64,000 nt of DNA from Azolla caroliniana (Eukaryota; Plantae; Polypodiophyta), in NCBI GenBank assembly GCA_043228905.1, contig JBHGNT010000011.1:12276001-12340000 (forward strand). The letters run 5' to 3'. Positions 38,012-50,232 of this stretch are shown piece after piece; position 1 is the stretch's first letter, and each line of letters begins with the position of its first letter. The notes below the pieces were generated by a model. The model was not told where the DNA came from. It made no database searches and saw nothing but the letters and a program-made list of their open reading frames with translations. Made by a program: the position numbers and the translations under genes.

Positions 38012-39106
38012 TGTCGTGAAGTATGAAAGCTTCACATTAAAAGTCTACAATAAGATAAATACGTAACTAAAATAAAATAAATCTTGATAATGTTTTATAT
38101 ATAAAGATAATATTAACAACACACTATGATAATATTATATATTATATGTAGAGGCAAATAATATATGTATAGATAGATAGATATATTATATTACATGAAC
38201 AAGAGAGGACTTGAACCAATAACCCCACCCTATGACTCTCAAATCTTACCATTTACTCTATACTAGTAATATACATATTAAAATAAAGCATACTTTATAT
38301 ATACTTTATATTACATAAAGGATTTGCTTCATGATATAAAAATAAAGTTGTATGTTGTATTCAATAGTACTTAGAGACTTGAACCCACAACCTCATATAC
38401 CAAAGTCAACACACCTACCATTAGGCTAGGTGCTTTCTTTTTAAGATTATATTTTCATGTTTATTATTACTGCATATATTGTTTCATACATAAAAGCTCA
38501 AATGAGTGAGATGTTTATCATGCATCACATGCATGTCTTGTACCCTCCAATGCATCATATGCATGGGGGCACCTATTTAAGGGTGAAAGGGAAGATCAAA
38601 GGGAGATATGTATGAGATATCAATCAAATTATGTATTACATAAGAGATATCATAAAAATAGATAAAGAAGGGAAGAAGTTTAACATAAAGGTGGAGCTCT
38701 AGCTTGGTGGTCGTGGTGGTCAACTCTCAACAAGAGGGAGGCGGTTTGAGCCTTATCTTCATCAAAATATTGAAGTGAAGATTGTAGTGGTCTACGATCA
38801 AGAAAGAGAAGAGTGATTACCTTGCAAGACAAAGTTCGGAGGTTCAATGACGTGCACAATCATTTTGTAACTCCTTCATGAAAATGATTATAAATTTCAT
38901 ACACTTTCTCATATAATATTTTATATCTTATCTTGTCTTATCTTATATTCCTTAAAAATCCTATTTTGTCATATCTTATTGATCTCTATTCACTCCATCT
39001 CTACTCTTTCGTCTCTTTCGTCCATAATCCCAGTGATTCCTTCCTCACTTTCACGTTATCCTTTGTGTGGGCAACGTTATGCTTCTAGGTGAGCCACGTC
39101 ACGACA
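38012..39106 (+). mobile_element. Solo-LTR-like insertion with 4-bp TSD, containing tRNA-like cassettes
   Basis: Termini TGTCGTGA / TCACGACA. TSD CCGT (38008-38011, 39107-39110); removing the insertion restores colinearity with the 3' LTR of Copia-B. TATA-like CTATTTAA near 38573. Confidence 0.78.
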
Positions 39107-41378
39107 CCGTGAAAAAGTAACTATACGGAAACTAAGGCAAAACCGGCTCATCCGGATAGCAACAGAATACAGACACGGGTTTAATGGAAGCTTGACACGA
39201 GAGAGATAGAGTTAGAGCAGAACAGCATAAAGCTAAATTCAAAATGATAACACTCTATACATACAATGTGTTGAGTGAGCACTTTTATACAAGTCCATGA
39301 AGGGACTGACAGAAGTACTAACATGTACTTCAATGCTCATATGTGCGACTGACACTTACTCCCAAAAATATGCCTACGTACTAGGCTAGATTTGTAGGCC
39401 TCTAACAGCCTACCGGTTCATCCTGATTCGGATTACAATCCGGCTCTCCGATCTGGCTCCTGGTTCCGGTCACCAATACGGATACCGATCTGGTTCTTCA
39501 ATCCGAATACCGATCTGGATCCGGTTGAGCTTGTCCGCTCAACACCTCCAGTAGGAACCGAAGGGTCGCCATCTTGACCATTGGAGAAAAAATCTCGTTG
39601 TAATCGATGTTGTGTTCTTGCTTGAACCCCTTGGAGATGAGCTCAGCTTTGTACTTAGGCTTGTCCGAGCCAGATATATATTTGTATCTGTAAACCCATT
39701 TGTAGGGCAACAGTTTCCTTCCGACTGGTAATTCAACCAGCTCCTATGTATCGTTTTCTCTGATTGAGTCCATTTCAGATCTCATGGCTTGTTGCCATGT
39801 GTCGGCATCCAACGCAATCATGGCTTCCTCGTAGGAGCTCGGTTCTCTTGCATCCGTGTAGTGTAATTGACATAGTCCAGGCTCGGTTCATAGAACTATG
39901 TCGGCCGTCGGACTCGTTCGGATCTCCTTGGTGCCGATTTAATTGGTTCGGATTCTTCGATCGGCACGGATGTCCAATCAGCATGATTTGAACCTCTTTT
40001 AGAAGGAGATCATGATGGGGATCTACTGCAACAGTCTTTTTGCGTCGGTGTCGGATCTACCTCTATCTCGGGAGTATTTGACAAGTGTGTTGGTGGCTCG
40101 GCCGGTTTGGATCGGCCATTTGGCATCCTAACTGATTTGGCTCTGGTAGCCGAGTCGGCCCTTAGAGTCAATTTTCTATTCAATTGGGATTCGGCTATTG
40201 AACCATTTTTCGATTCGGGTTCGGCTGGGGGGGTGTTGGTTGAATCGGGTTCAGCCTACAACATGTTAGCCTTGATTTCGGTTAGAGAATAATCAAAACT
40301 AACTCCCTTTCCGGTTCAGAGCTTTGGTTGGCCTAAGATGATAGAGTCTTCATTGAAGACCACATCACTACTCTGGATCAATTTTCGGGTCTCTGGATCC
40401 CATAGTTGATAGCCGAATTCCCCATCTGTCCCGTATCCATGAAAAATGCATTTTGTTGAATGGGGCGCCAACTTGGTATGTTTCTCCCTTGGTACATAGG
40501 CATAGGCTTTACACCCGAATATACGAAGCCGATTTTAGGTCCCATTGATTTTTGTCGGATGTCTTCTGAATATATTGTCCCAATTGTTTCATCTAGTGTT
40601 AACTTCGACGAGCCATTGGTTACGGTTGTGCAATAGACTTTTAGCTTGTTGGCAGGCTCGAGAGAAGTGCAAGGGCTTTGATTTCTTTTTCAAAGTTCAA
40701 TCCTTGCAAGGAGAGTTTGGTTAACACTCGACTGAAGGTGTTGACGTGTGAGGTGGCCGGCTCGGTTTCCTTCATATTCATATTGAATAATTGCCGAATC
40801 AATCTGAGTCTTGACGAGCTCAACTTCTCCTCATATACGGCTAGGAGCTTCTCCCATAGGGTAAATGTCGTCGTCTCTTTTGCCATGCTAAAGTAGACGT
40901 TTTTGGCCAGGTGCATCCAAATGGTTGACCTTGCTATTTCGTCAAGGGGTCGCCATTTGTCGATGGTCATCATTGTTGGCTTGGAGTTGTGCCGCATCGC
41001 CTCAATTTGGCATCGGATGATCAACATGTCCTGCATCATCTCCTTCCATAGGGCAAAGTTCTTATCATCGAATTTCCTGATTTTGTAGCTAGTGTCAGGA
41101 GGTCGAAGCCAACATTCTTGTGGAAGTGATTGTCTAGCATGGTCCTTTCCTCTGGTCAGTTATCTTCCTTTGTGTTGTTGTTGCAGGACTCCAAATCGTT
41201 GTGATACCACTTTGTCGGCACTGAAGGTGTATTGGTCAGCTGTTATGTATGAAATGAGCTGACCAACGCAGAAGCATGTATCGATCTTGAGGTGGAGTTA
41301 TCAAGCAAGCAATGGGTGGAGATATGATGCATTGTTCATGTCAAAAAAGTATACACAAAGAGAGAGAGAGAGAGAGAG

Positions 41379-41706
41379 GTTGCCCAATGGAGACCAAGTG
41401 GTCATGGGTTCAACCCTACATTCCACAGTGGCATCTAGTGATCTAAGAGATATATATGAAGTATATAATAGAGAGAAGTGAGAAAATTGGGTTTCGAACC
41501 CAAGCCACAATGCTTGTTGGTAAGGTTGCCCAATGGAGACCAGGTGGTCATAGGTTCCACCCCTACATTTTACAATGGTATCTAGTGAACTAAGAGATAT
41601 ATATGAAGTATATAATAGAGAGAAGTGAGAAAATTGGGTTTCGAGCCCAATATGCAGTGCTTGTAGTGTTAACAATTTACCACTAGGGTAAGCTAATTAC
41701 GATAAA
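41379..41706 (-). mobile_element. tRNA-derived SINE-like repeat with an internal 146-bp duplication, flanked by (GA)n
   Basis: Minus strand has A-box-like TACCCTAGTGG and B-box GG(C/T)TCGAAACC. Two tandem units start at 41378 and 41524. Homologous to 47679-47776. Confidence 0.6.
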
Positions 41707-42637
41707 GAAAGAGAGAGAGAGAATTATTACTATTCTCCTTCATAATATGCTCAAACAAATTGCCCACATGAACATCAACATAGTGCAAAATCATTAGCCA
41801 GAAAAAATGTGGAACATACTATTGTGTGTCCAACTTGTGAAGTGTGTAACCTATGGAGAAGTAAGGAAATCGTATCATATAGGAACTTGAAGCAATACAT
41901 ACCAATTTAGTTGAAAACATACACATGTGACATCCAAACTTATGTTTTATAAGTAGATACATTTTACAATCTAGGGTTTAAGATATAGTCACATGTTTCT
42001 CTCACAACACATGGTGGGCAGGTCTTATTTGTTGATTGGATTCAAAACTATACCATGATTCGAAAGGATGCTAAGCACATATTCCCTACATGCGTAGTTC
42101 CTAAAGTTGTTTGGAGTTACTTATATCACGTTGCAAATTTGGGCATCATTTAACTACAACAATTTTGTCACCGCATTAACAGGCTTTCATTTGAACAGCT
42201 AAAGCTCCTTTTACCCTCCCTGCCATATAAGGTAGCATCTGCCTACCCTAGGAAATCATGTTGTACAATATAAATTACAATAAGAGGAATGAAGCATTGC
42301 AAGCATGTTGTATAAGGTAGCATCTACATACCCTAGACAATCATGTTCTATGATATCAATTACAATATGAACAATGATGCATTGCAAGCAACTACGAAAA
42401 AGGCAGCTTATGTTGATCGATCTCCTTGCTTTTCCTGATTCAGAAGATTTTGTTTACTAGTCGCCCATGGAAGGTGCGAGCTCGAAATCGCTATGTCGAA
42501 GATTCCATTCGGATGCCAAAGTGATGGCGTACAAACGAGGTGGGCATACATGCACCAATTCCTCTCGACACGTTGGCATGGCGATGCCAACCCACGAGGA
42601 CAAATAAAAATCGGGGTCTTGAGTCTTCCTCACGAGA

Positions 42638-45600
42638 GAAAGAAAGAAAGAAAGAAAGATATATTAACGTCTTCTAAGGCCAAAATTTGGCCCATGAGAC
42701 AATTGGTTTACAACAAAAATGAGTGTTTATCCAATCATCAAAACTAAAATAAAAGAAAATAGCTTAAGCTAAGAGAGTTCTAGTAGTGTACAAAAATTTG
42801 CACTAAGCCTAATCTCATTTCCACCCAAGTCTCTCAAAAAGAAGTGGGAGGTCAAAAGTTTTTGGTGTGGGTGGGACCCATGGTCTCGATGTATAGAGTG
42901 CCCTAGTCATGGCTTCTAGGCAGTGTAGTTCACATTCCCTTATTTTCTTTATTGCTTCTACATCTTGTCGAGTTGCTTTGAAACCCAACATCCAAGGACG
43001 TTTGGTTATTCTTTGATTTTCTGCTTCATCAAGGAAAAGCCCGAGTGGTGCAGGTGTGTCGACATTCATTGTCTCCCCCTGTTCCTGAAAAACTTCATTT
43101 GTTACATGTTGGTAAACATTAGCAACATTATTATCAACGTTTTGTAACATATTCTCTCTGTGTTGTTTCAATTCTAAGATGTATCTACCTAATTTCTTTA
43201 TATCTAGTGTATCTAATAGTTTAGGGAGGGTGGGAGAGGAACCAAGTATGACTTGGTATTTTGCCCTTATCTCGGCATAGGTGGGGCATTTGCATGTAAA
43301 ATGGTACTCATCCTCTATCTCTATGTGGCATAACCTACATATCATTTCCTCCCTAGGGACTCCATTAGTACGTCCATTCTCAATCTCAAGTTGGTGAGAT
43401 GATATTCTAAGGTGACCAATGGCAACCCTTAGTGCATGTGGTAAGAATACATCTAGATATCTTGGCTGCGTAATAAAACCTAACTTAGAGAAGTGCATAA
43501 AGTGTTCCTTATAGTACGACATTTTAGATGGGAGTGGCTCTAGTGGGGTGATCCATTTATACCGAGTATAAATTTGCCATATTTCTTGGCGTATTACTTT
43601 ATTATGGTCCTCATGAGAGATTAAAGTGTTATCAGTCGTGTGGTCATACTTAAGGGGGGGGGAGGTTATTAATGTCTACACCGTTGGCAAGAAGCCAACT
43701 CACCATCATGCCATACCATGAGCTAGTATAGCCAGACTCATACAGTGCTCGAGAAGCCTTAAAGGCTTAATGGGATATTCTATCAAGTTATGTATCCTGT
43801 GGATAAAGACTACAAGTTGAAAAAGAGCTTCTACTACCATAGGGGGTAGAGTGAACTCAGCCCTAATAATGTCATGTGGGACCGACAATTTGCTTCGGAG
43901 TTGGCGTGATAACATCATCACCAATGGTCTCTCTAATTGCGTCCACATGAAAGATGGTAGTCCTGGAGCCCAAACCGTTGATGCATACATGAGAGAGGGA
44001 GTCACTAATGAGTCAAAGAGCCACCCTTTAGTTCGTGGCTCTTGGAAGTATGCTTGGTGGCATTGTCTCTCGAGGAGTGAGAGGGATGCATGTCCTCTTG
44101 TAAGTCTATCCTTCACTGCTTGTGTCATCGAAAATTTACCTGAGCGGGCATTGAAAGTGACTCCGAGATAAACATATGATCCAACCACCTCAATTGGGCT
44201 ATGGGAGATAGTTAGGTGACACTTAGCTCTAACTTGGGCCGATGTGTGGAAGATAAGGACTTTAGTTTTCCCTAGATTCACTACCAATCCTCGTTGTGTG
44301 CAAAAGTCATCTAAGGCATTAAGGTGCCTTTGTAGGTCGTGTTCGGATTTAGAGAGCAAAACTATGTCATCTGCATAGAGCAAGATATGCACATGCGTAT
44401 CCCCAAGGACTACTCCATTGCCTCCCTTATGAGCAATAAAATCTGTGATCTCATCAATGTAGATCCCAAAAAGAGTCGGAGATAAGGGGCAACCTTGTTT
44501 TACACCAATAGTGCTAGTGAAACTATCGGATATGTCACCTGGGCATCGAACACACGCGGACACTTGTTCATATAGTGCATAGATGGTCCAAACCATGTCA
44601 TCTAGTATCCTCAAGCTCTTAAGCCTATCAAACAACCGCTCTCTAGGGACCGTGTCAAAGGCTTTGCGGAAGTCCACAAAACAACAATATAGTTTCTTCT
44701 TGCGAGCCTTAGTCTGGTCAATTAAGCATCTAAGTGTGAAGATATGATCAATAGTGGAGAAGGCTCGTCTAAAGCCAGCCTGTTCAGGTGCACGAAGATT
44801 TAAGGTCTCCATATAATCACTAAGCTCTACCTCCATTACTGCACCATATAATGTAGCAAGGGTATGACCTATCATAATGGTCCTATAAGTATTTGGGTCC
44901 ATGGGGTCCCCCCCTTTATGTATGGGGGCCATTGTGTTCATGGTCCATTGTGGTGGAAAACCCTCTGCGAGGGCGTGATTGAATATTAAAGTTAGCAAGG
45001 CAGCTAGGCACTCTCTCGCATATATGATGTGTTCTGCTCGCAATCCTATGTGGTCCATGGACTTCCTATGTTGTAATTTCTTTATAACCTTCGTGACCCT
45101 AGAGGTTGTGAAGAGTGTCCCCACAGTAGGTCGAGGTGTAGAAGGCATTGGAATGGGTGGTTGGTTTGGGATTTGGTAAAGTGTCTCTGTATAAGTGTGC
45201 CAAGTTTTGGGATCTTCGATGGGTGTTTGTGGTCTTGGTTCCCGTAATCTCTTCCATGCAGTGGCACAATCGCTACTCATGAGCATATGGTAGAGTTCCC
45301 AATATTGGGATGCTTCCCATGCTCGTTTCTTACGACATGTCATCTTGCGCATTTCTTTACGAGCTTGTACTGAGGTAATAGTACCACTGAGTTGCGATAT
45401 TGTAAGTTGTCTATGTAAGCACCTACAATCCTCATCATACCATCTATTTTGTGGCATAGATCCTACTTTACCTTGATTGGAGTGTTTCGTGTATGGGAAA
45501 CTACTAACTGCTGCAGAGTGAAGGATGTGTGTGAGTTTCGTACTAAGGCTCTCTAAAGGTAGGGAGGGATCAAGGGAGGAGAGATGGGCTTGAACATGTC

Positions 45601-47639
45601 TAGCATATATGTCCGAGAGCTCATGTGTGAAATGTATTGTGATGGCATGGCGTGGTTGACTAGAGTTGGTGACGTTAGAGATATCACATTTTAGCTCAAA
45701 GTATAAGAAACTATGGTCCACACTAATAGGACATGGGGCCACTCGGAAGGAGTTAATCATGTGGGTAGCTTCAGGGCGTCCTATTAGATAATCAACTGTG
45801 CTTTCCCCTCCTCCATGTGGGAAACATGTGAGCTCTTCTAAACCTGGCCACTTGGCTAAACCATTATATATGACCATCTGGTGCCGACTGCCAAGTTCGA
45901 GCAAATGATGGCCAAAGCTCGTGGCGTCCGCACCTTGATCCTTTGATCTACGTGTGGTGCCTATGTCTAAAGGATCGACATTTACCATTTCTAGGTTTCT
46001 ATTCATTTGAAATATTGTGCATTGTCGGGATTGGGTTCTCGCATTAAAGTCTCCTACAAGGAATACTTCTCCTTGGGAAGAATATCAGATTATGTCATCC
46101 GATAGAGGTTCATATGGGGAAGCCCCATGTGGCACTCCTTCATCAACTAATCTCGCCTCGCCAGCCAGATTATAACGAGACCCTTTTGGGGGGAAGTAAC
46201 AAATGACGAAAAATACTGCCTTGTCCTTGCTTGTGGAGACTTTCACCCACATAAAACGAGCTTCTAGGTCTGTGCTCAGTATTTCTATCCTATTATATAG
46301 CTCCCTCCGAAACAATATTGCGACACCTCCAGATCCCCTGGTAGTGCATCGACGTGAGGTTTGTCTAAAAGCCGACTCCCAACGAAATCCTTCAACTCGT
46401 GGGAGTCCCCTATTTGGGCTTTGGTGTGTTTCTACTAGGCAAACTATATCTGATTCCTTTAATATCTCCTCTAAGCGGCCGGGGTGTGTCCAGAGTGTGC
46501 TATTACAATTCCATAAGGTCATCCTAAGTGTGTTTTCTGTCACATGGGCCACACACCGTCAATTAGTAGTGCGATCATTTATGATCACTCACCCATCTCG
46601 ATAAAAGGCGCGATGCCCTTCTTTACGAGCTTGCATAACCTTTGGCATACAACTCTTGCGATGCTCAAATTGCATCTTGGTGAGGTCTTCATCGAGATAG
46701 ATAGGGTCCCCACCCAATCCTCGAAGAATTGGTCTCTTCTTAAAGAAAGTGATTCTAGAGTCAAAGTCTTTAAATTGAAGAACTAAGGCTCTCTTCCTAG
46801 TTATGTCGCGTCCGGCCCTCCAAGCTTTGGTGATAGGTAGGGTCGTTGTGTACCCTAACATTTTCCCGAGTGTTTGTGCATCCTTGTCCGGGGATGCACC
46901 TTCCTTGAGCCCAATGACACGCACATTTAGGCGTCGGGCCTGACGCATTTTCTCCTCTTCAAGGGTGGTATTAACAATATTTTCATCTTTGATTTCTTTT
47001 TTAATGTTTCTTTTAACCACATCTACCCAGCCCGTTTTTGCTAACTCTATGTTATTTTTAACCTCCTCTTTAACTTTTTTGATCTCATCTTTTATATCCT
47101 CTATGGAGGATATTTCACCATCCTCTCGGGATACCTCGATGTCATTAAGTTGTTGTTTGAGGTTTGTGTTTTCCTCTTTAAGTTTTTCTATTTCAGCCTT
47201 GAGGGCGTCTTTTTCATCTGTATCTTTTTTCTTGTGGGTTTCAAGGTCTTTCATCCATTTTTTCATATCCATCTCTATTTTTGTTAAACGATTAAACATA
47301 TCTAAAAAGTTCTCCTTACTTATAGCCTCGTCTTGTGTATCCTTATGTTCCTTTCGTTTAGACATTGTAGTGTCAATAAGAAAAAAAAGATAAAATAAAT
47401 GGGTTCGAGACTTAGCTGAGTTTGTGTGTATGTCGCAGTCACATCGGCATTTTGCACGTGACGAGCACGCTAAAAGAACCCACAGAGGAAGGATGCGCCG
47501 CCAAGAAAAGAAACACGGCACTCGGCAACGTCAAGAACAAGAAAGAGAAGAACACGACAATGGCGACGGCGACTACGACGGACGATGACGAACGACAGCA
47601 GGTCATCCAACACGCAGACGGCAACAACACGATCATGGC

Positions 47640-47641
<2 letters not shown>
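42638..47641 (-). mobile_element. Near-full-length LINE, RTE-X-like, with (TCTT)n tail
   Basis: ORF1 47365-46589 (coiled coil plus RRLNVRVIGLKE). ORF2 has APE (WNCNS, DIVCLVETH) 46552-46085, RT (QAGFR, FVDFRKAFD, GVKQGCPLSP, LLYADD) 46006-43706, and C-terminal LRISSHQLEIENGR..CRLC..EDEYHF..C 43522-42815. It carries a few stops and frameshifts. The clade assignment is inference. Confidence 0.88.
46589..47365 (-). CDS. LINE ORF1 protein (coiled coil plus RRM/CTD-like region)
   Basis: Starts MSKRKEHK, with a heptad-rich N-terminal half and IYLDEDLT near the C-terminus. It lies directly upstream of the APE domain. Confidence 0.75.
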   Translation of the reverse strand: MSKRKEHKDTQDEAISKENFLDMFNRLTKIEMDMKKWMKDLETHKKKDTDEKDALKAEIEKLKEENTNLKQQLNDIEVSREDGEISSIEDIKDEIKKVKEEVKNNIELAKTGWVDVVKRNIKKEIKDENIVNTTLEEEKMRQARRLNVRVIGLKEGASPDKDAQTLGKMLGYTTTLPITKAWRAGRDITRKRALVLQFKDFDSRITFFKKRPILRGLGGDPIYLDEDLTKMQFEHRKSCMPKVMQARKEGHRAFYRDG

Positions 47642-47678
<37 letters not shown>

Positions 47679-47680
<2 letters not shown>

Positions 47681-47773
47681 AGTATATAATAGAGAGGTGA
47701 GGAAGTTGGGTTTTGAACCCAGAACACAATGATTGTAGTGTTAACAACTTACCACTAGGGTAAGGTAATTACG

Positions 47774-47776
<3 letters not shown>
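47679..47776 (-). mobile_element. Second, truncated copy of the tRNA-like SINE head between (GA)n tracts
   Basis: AGTATATAATAGAGAG..TTGGGTTTTGAACCCA..TTGTAGTGTTAACAA.TTACCACTAGGGTAAG.TAATTACGATAA matches 41607-41706. Confidence 0.6.
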
Positions 47777-47816
<40 letters not shown>

Positions 47817-48055
47817 ACGTCTTCTAAGGCCAAAATTGGCCCATGGGGGGGTTGGGGGCCTACATGTTGTAATTTCTCCAAATTATGAGGACAACAAAAC
47901 AAAAACAAGAGAGCAAATTGAGTGTGTGGTCTCCTTCTTCTATCTAGGGCTTGCATACAAAAAGGGAAGGGTCCAGGGAATCTGGACCGTCGGATGGTCT
48001 GTAGCCCCATCTGGACCGTCCGAAGCGGAATGAGGAAGTCATGAAGAAGAGAAGC

Positions 48056-48168
48056 AAACCCTAGAAAACCCTCCTCTCTCTCTTTCTTTCCTTCCTTCCT
48101 TTTCCCTTCCTTTTGTCTGCAACAGAGAGAAGCGGGCGTTTCTTCTGCAGGAAACCCTGAAACCCTAA
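48056..48168 (+). promoter_or_regulatory. Telo-box motifs upstream of RPL8
   Basis: AAACCCTAG (48056-48064) and AAACCCTAA (48160-48168). Telo-boxes are typical of plant ribosomal-protein promoters and 5' UTRs. Confidence 0.6.
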
Positions 48169-48221
48169 ATCGGAGCCACAGGCAATCGTTCTCGAGCTTT
48201 CTGCTCCTAGTTACCTGCGGG

Positions 48222-50232
<2,011 letters not shown>

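Larger units (their letters stand above)
8398..39544 (-). mobile_element. Copia-B: Ty1/Copia element inserted in the Copia-A RT (second layer)
   Basis: LTR copies at 8398-8858 and about 37903-39544, the latter interrupted at 38012-39106. PPT GAGCTTGAGGGGGAG directly precedes TGTTGAGC at 8858. Gag 37900-37010, protease WYVNSGVSNHMT, integrase HSDVWGP at about 36340, RT 11124-10292, RNase H 10224-10094. Many stops and frameshifts. Confidence 0.88.
5391..41378 (-). mobile_element. Copia-A: old, degenerate Ty1/Copia element, outermost layer of the nest
   Basis: Homologous LTR pieces at about 5391-6165 and 41213-41378. PBS-like TGGTATCAC (41201-41209, minus). Gag at 41090-40620 and integrase C-terminus FGCKAYAYVP..KCIFHGYG at about 40530-40330. 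RT FSPMVKMATLRFLL (39545-39720) continues as VVAMEDLDLEQLDVKMAFLH at about 8400-8200. RNase H NPIYHAKAKHIEVRY near 7400. Confidence 0.8.

Noticed and set aside
38200-38755. Functional tRNA genes
   Set aside because: A/B boxes are present but the acceptor and anticodon stems do not pair well, so they are treated as tRNA-like cassettes only.
42400-42635. GC-richer island next to the LINE tail as a gene fragment
   Set aside because: No recognisable protein motif in the frames examined.
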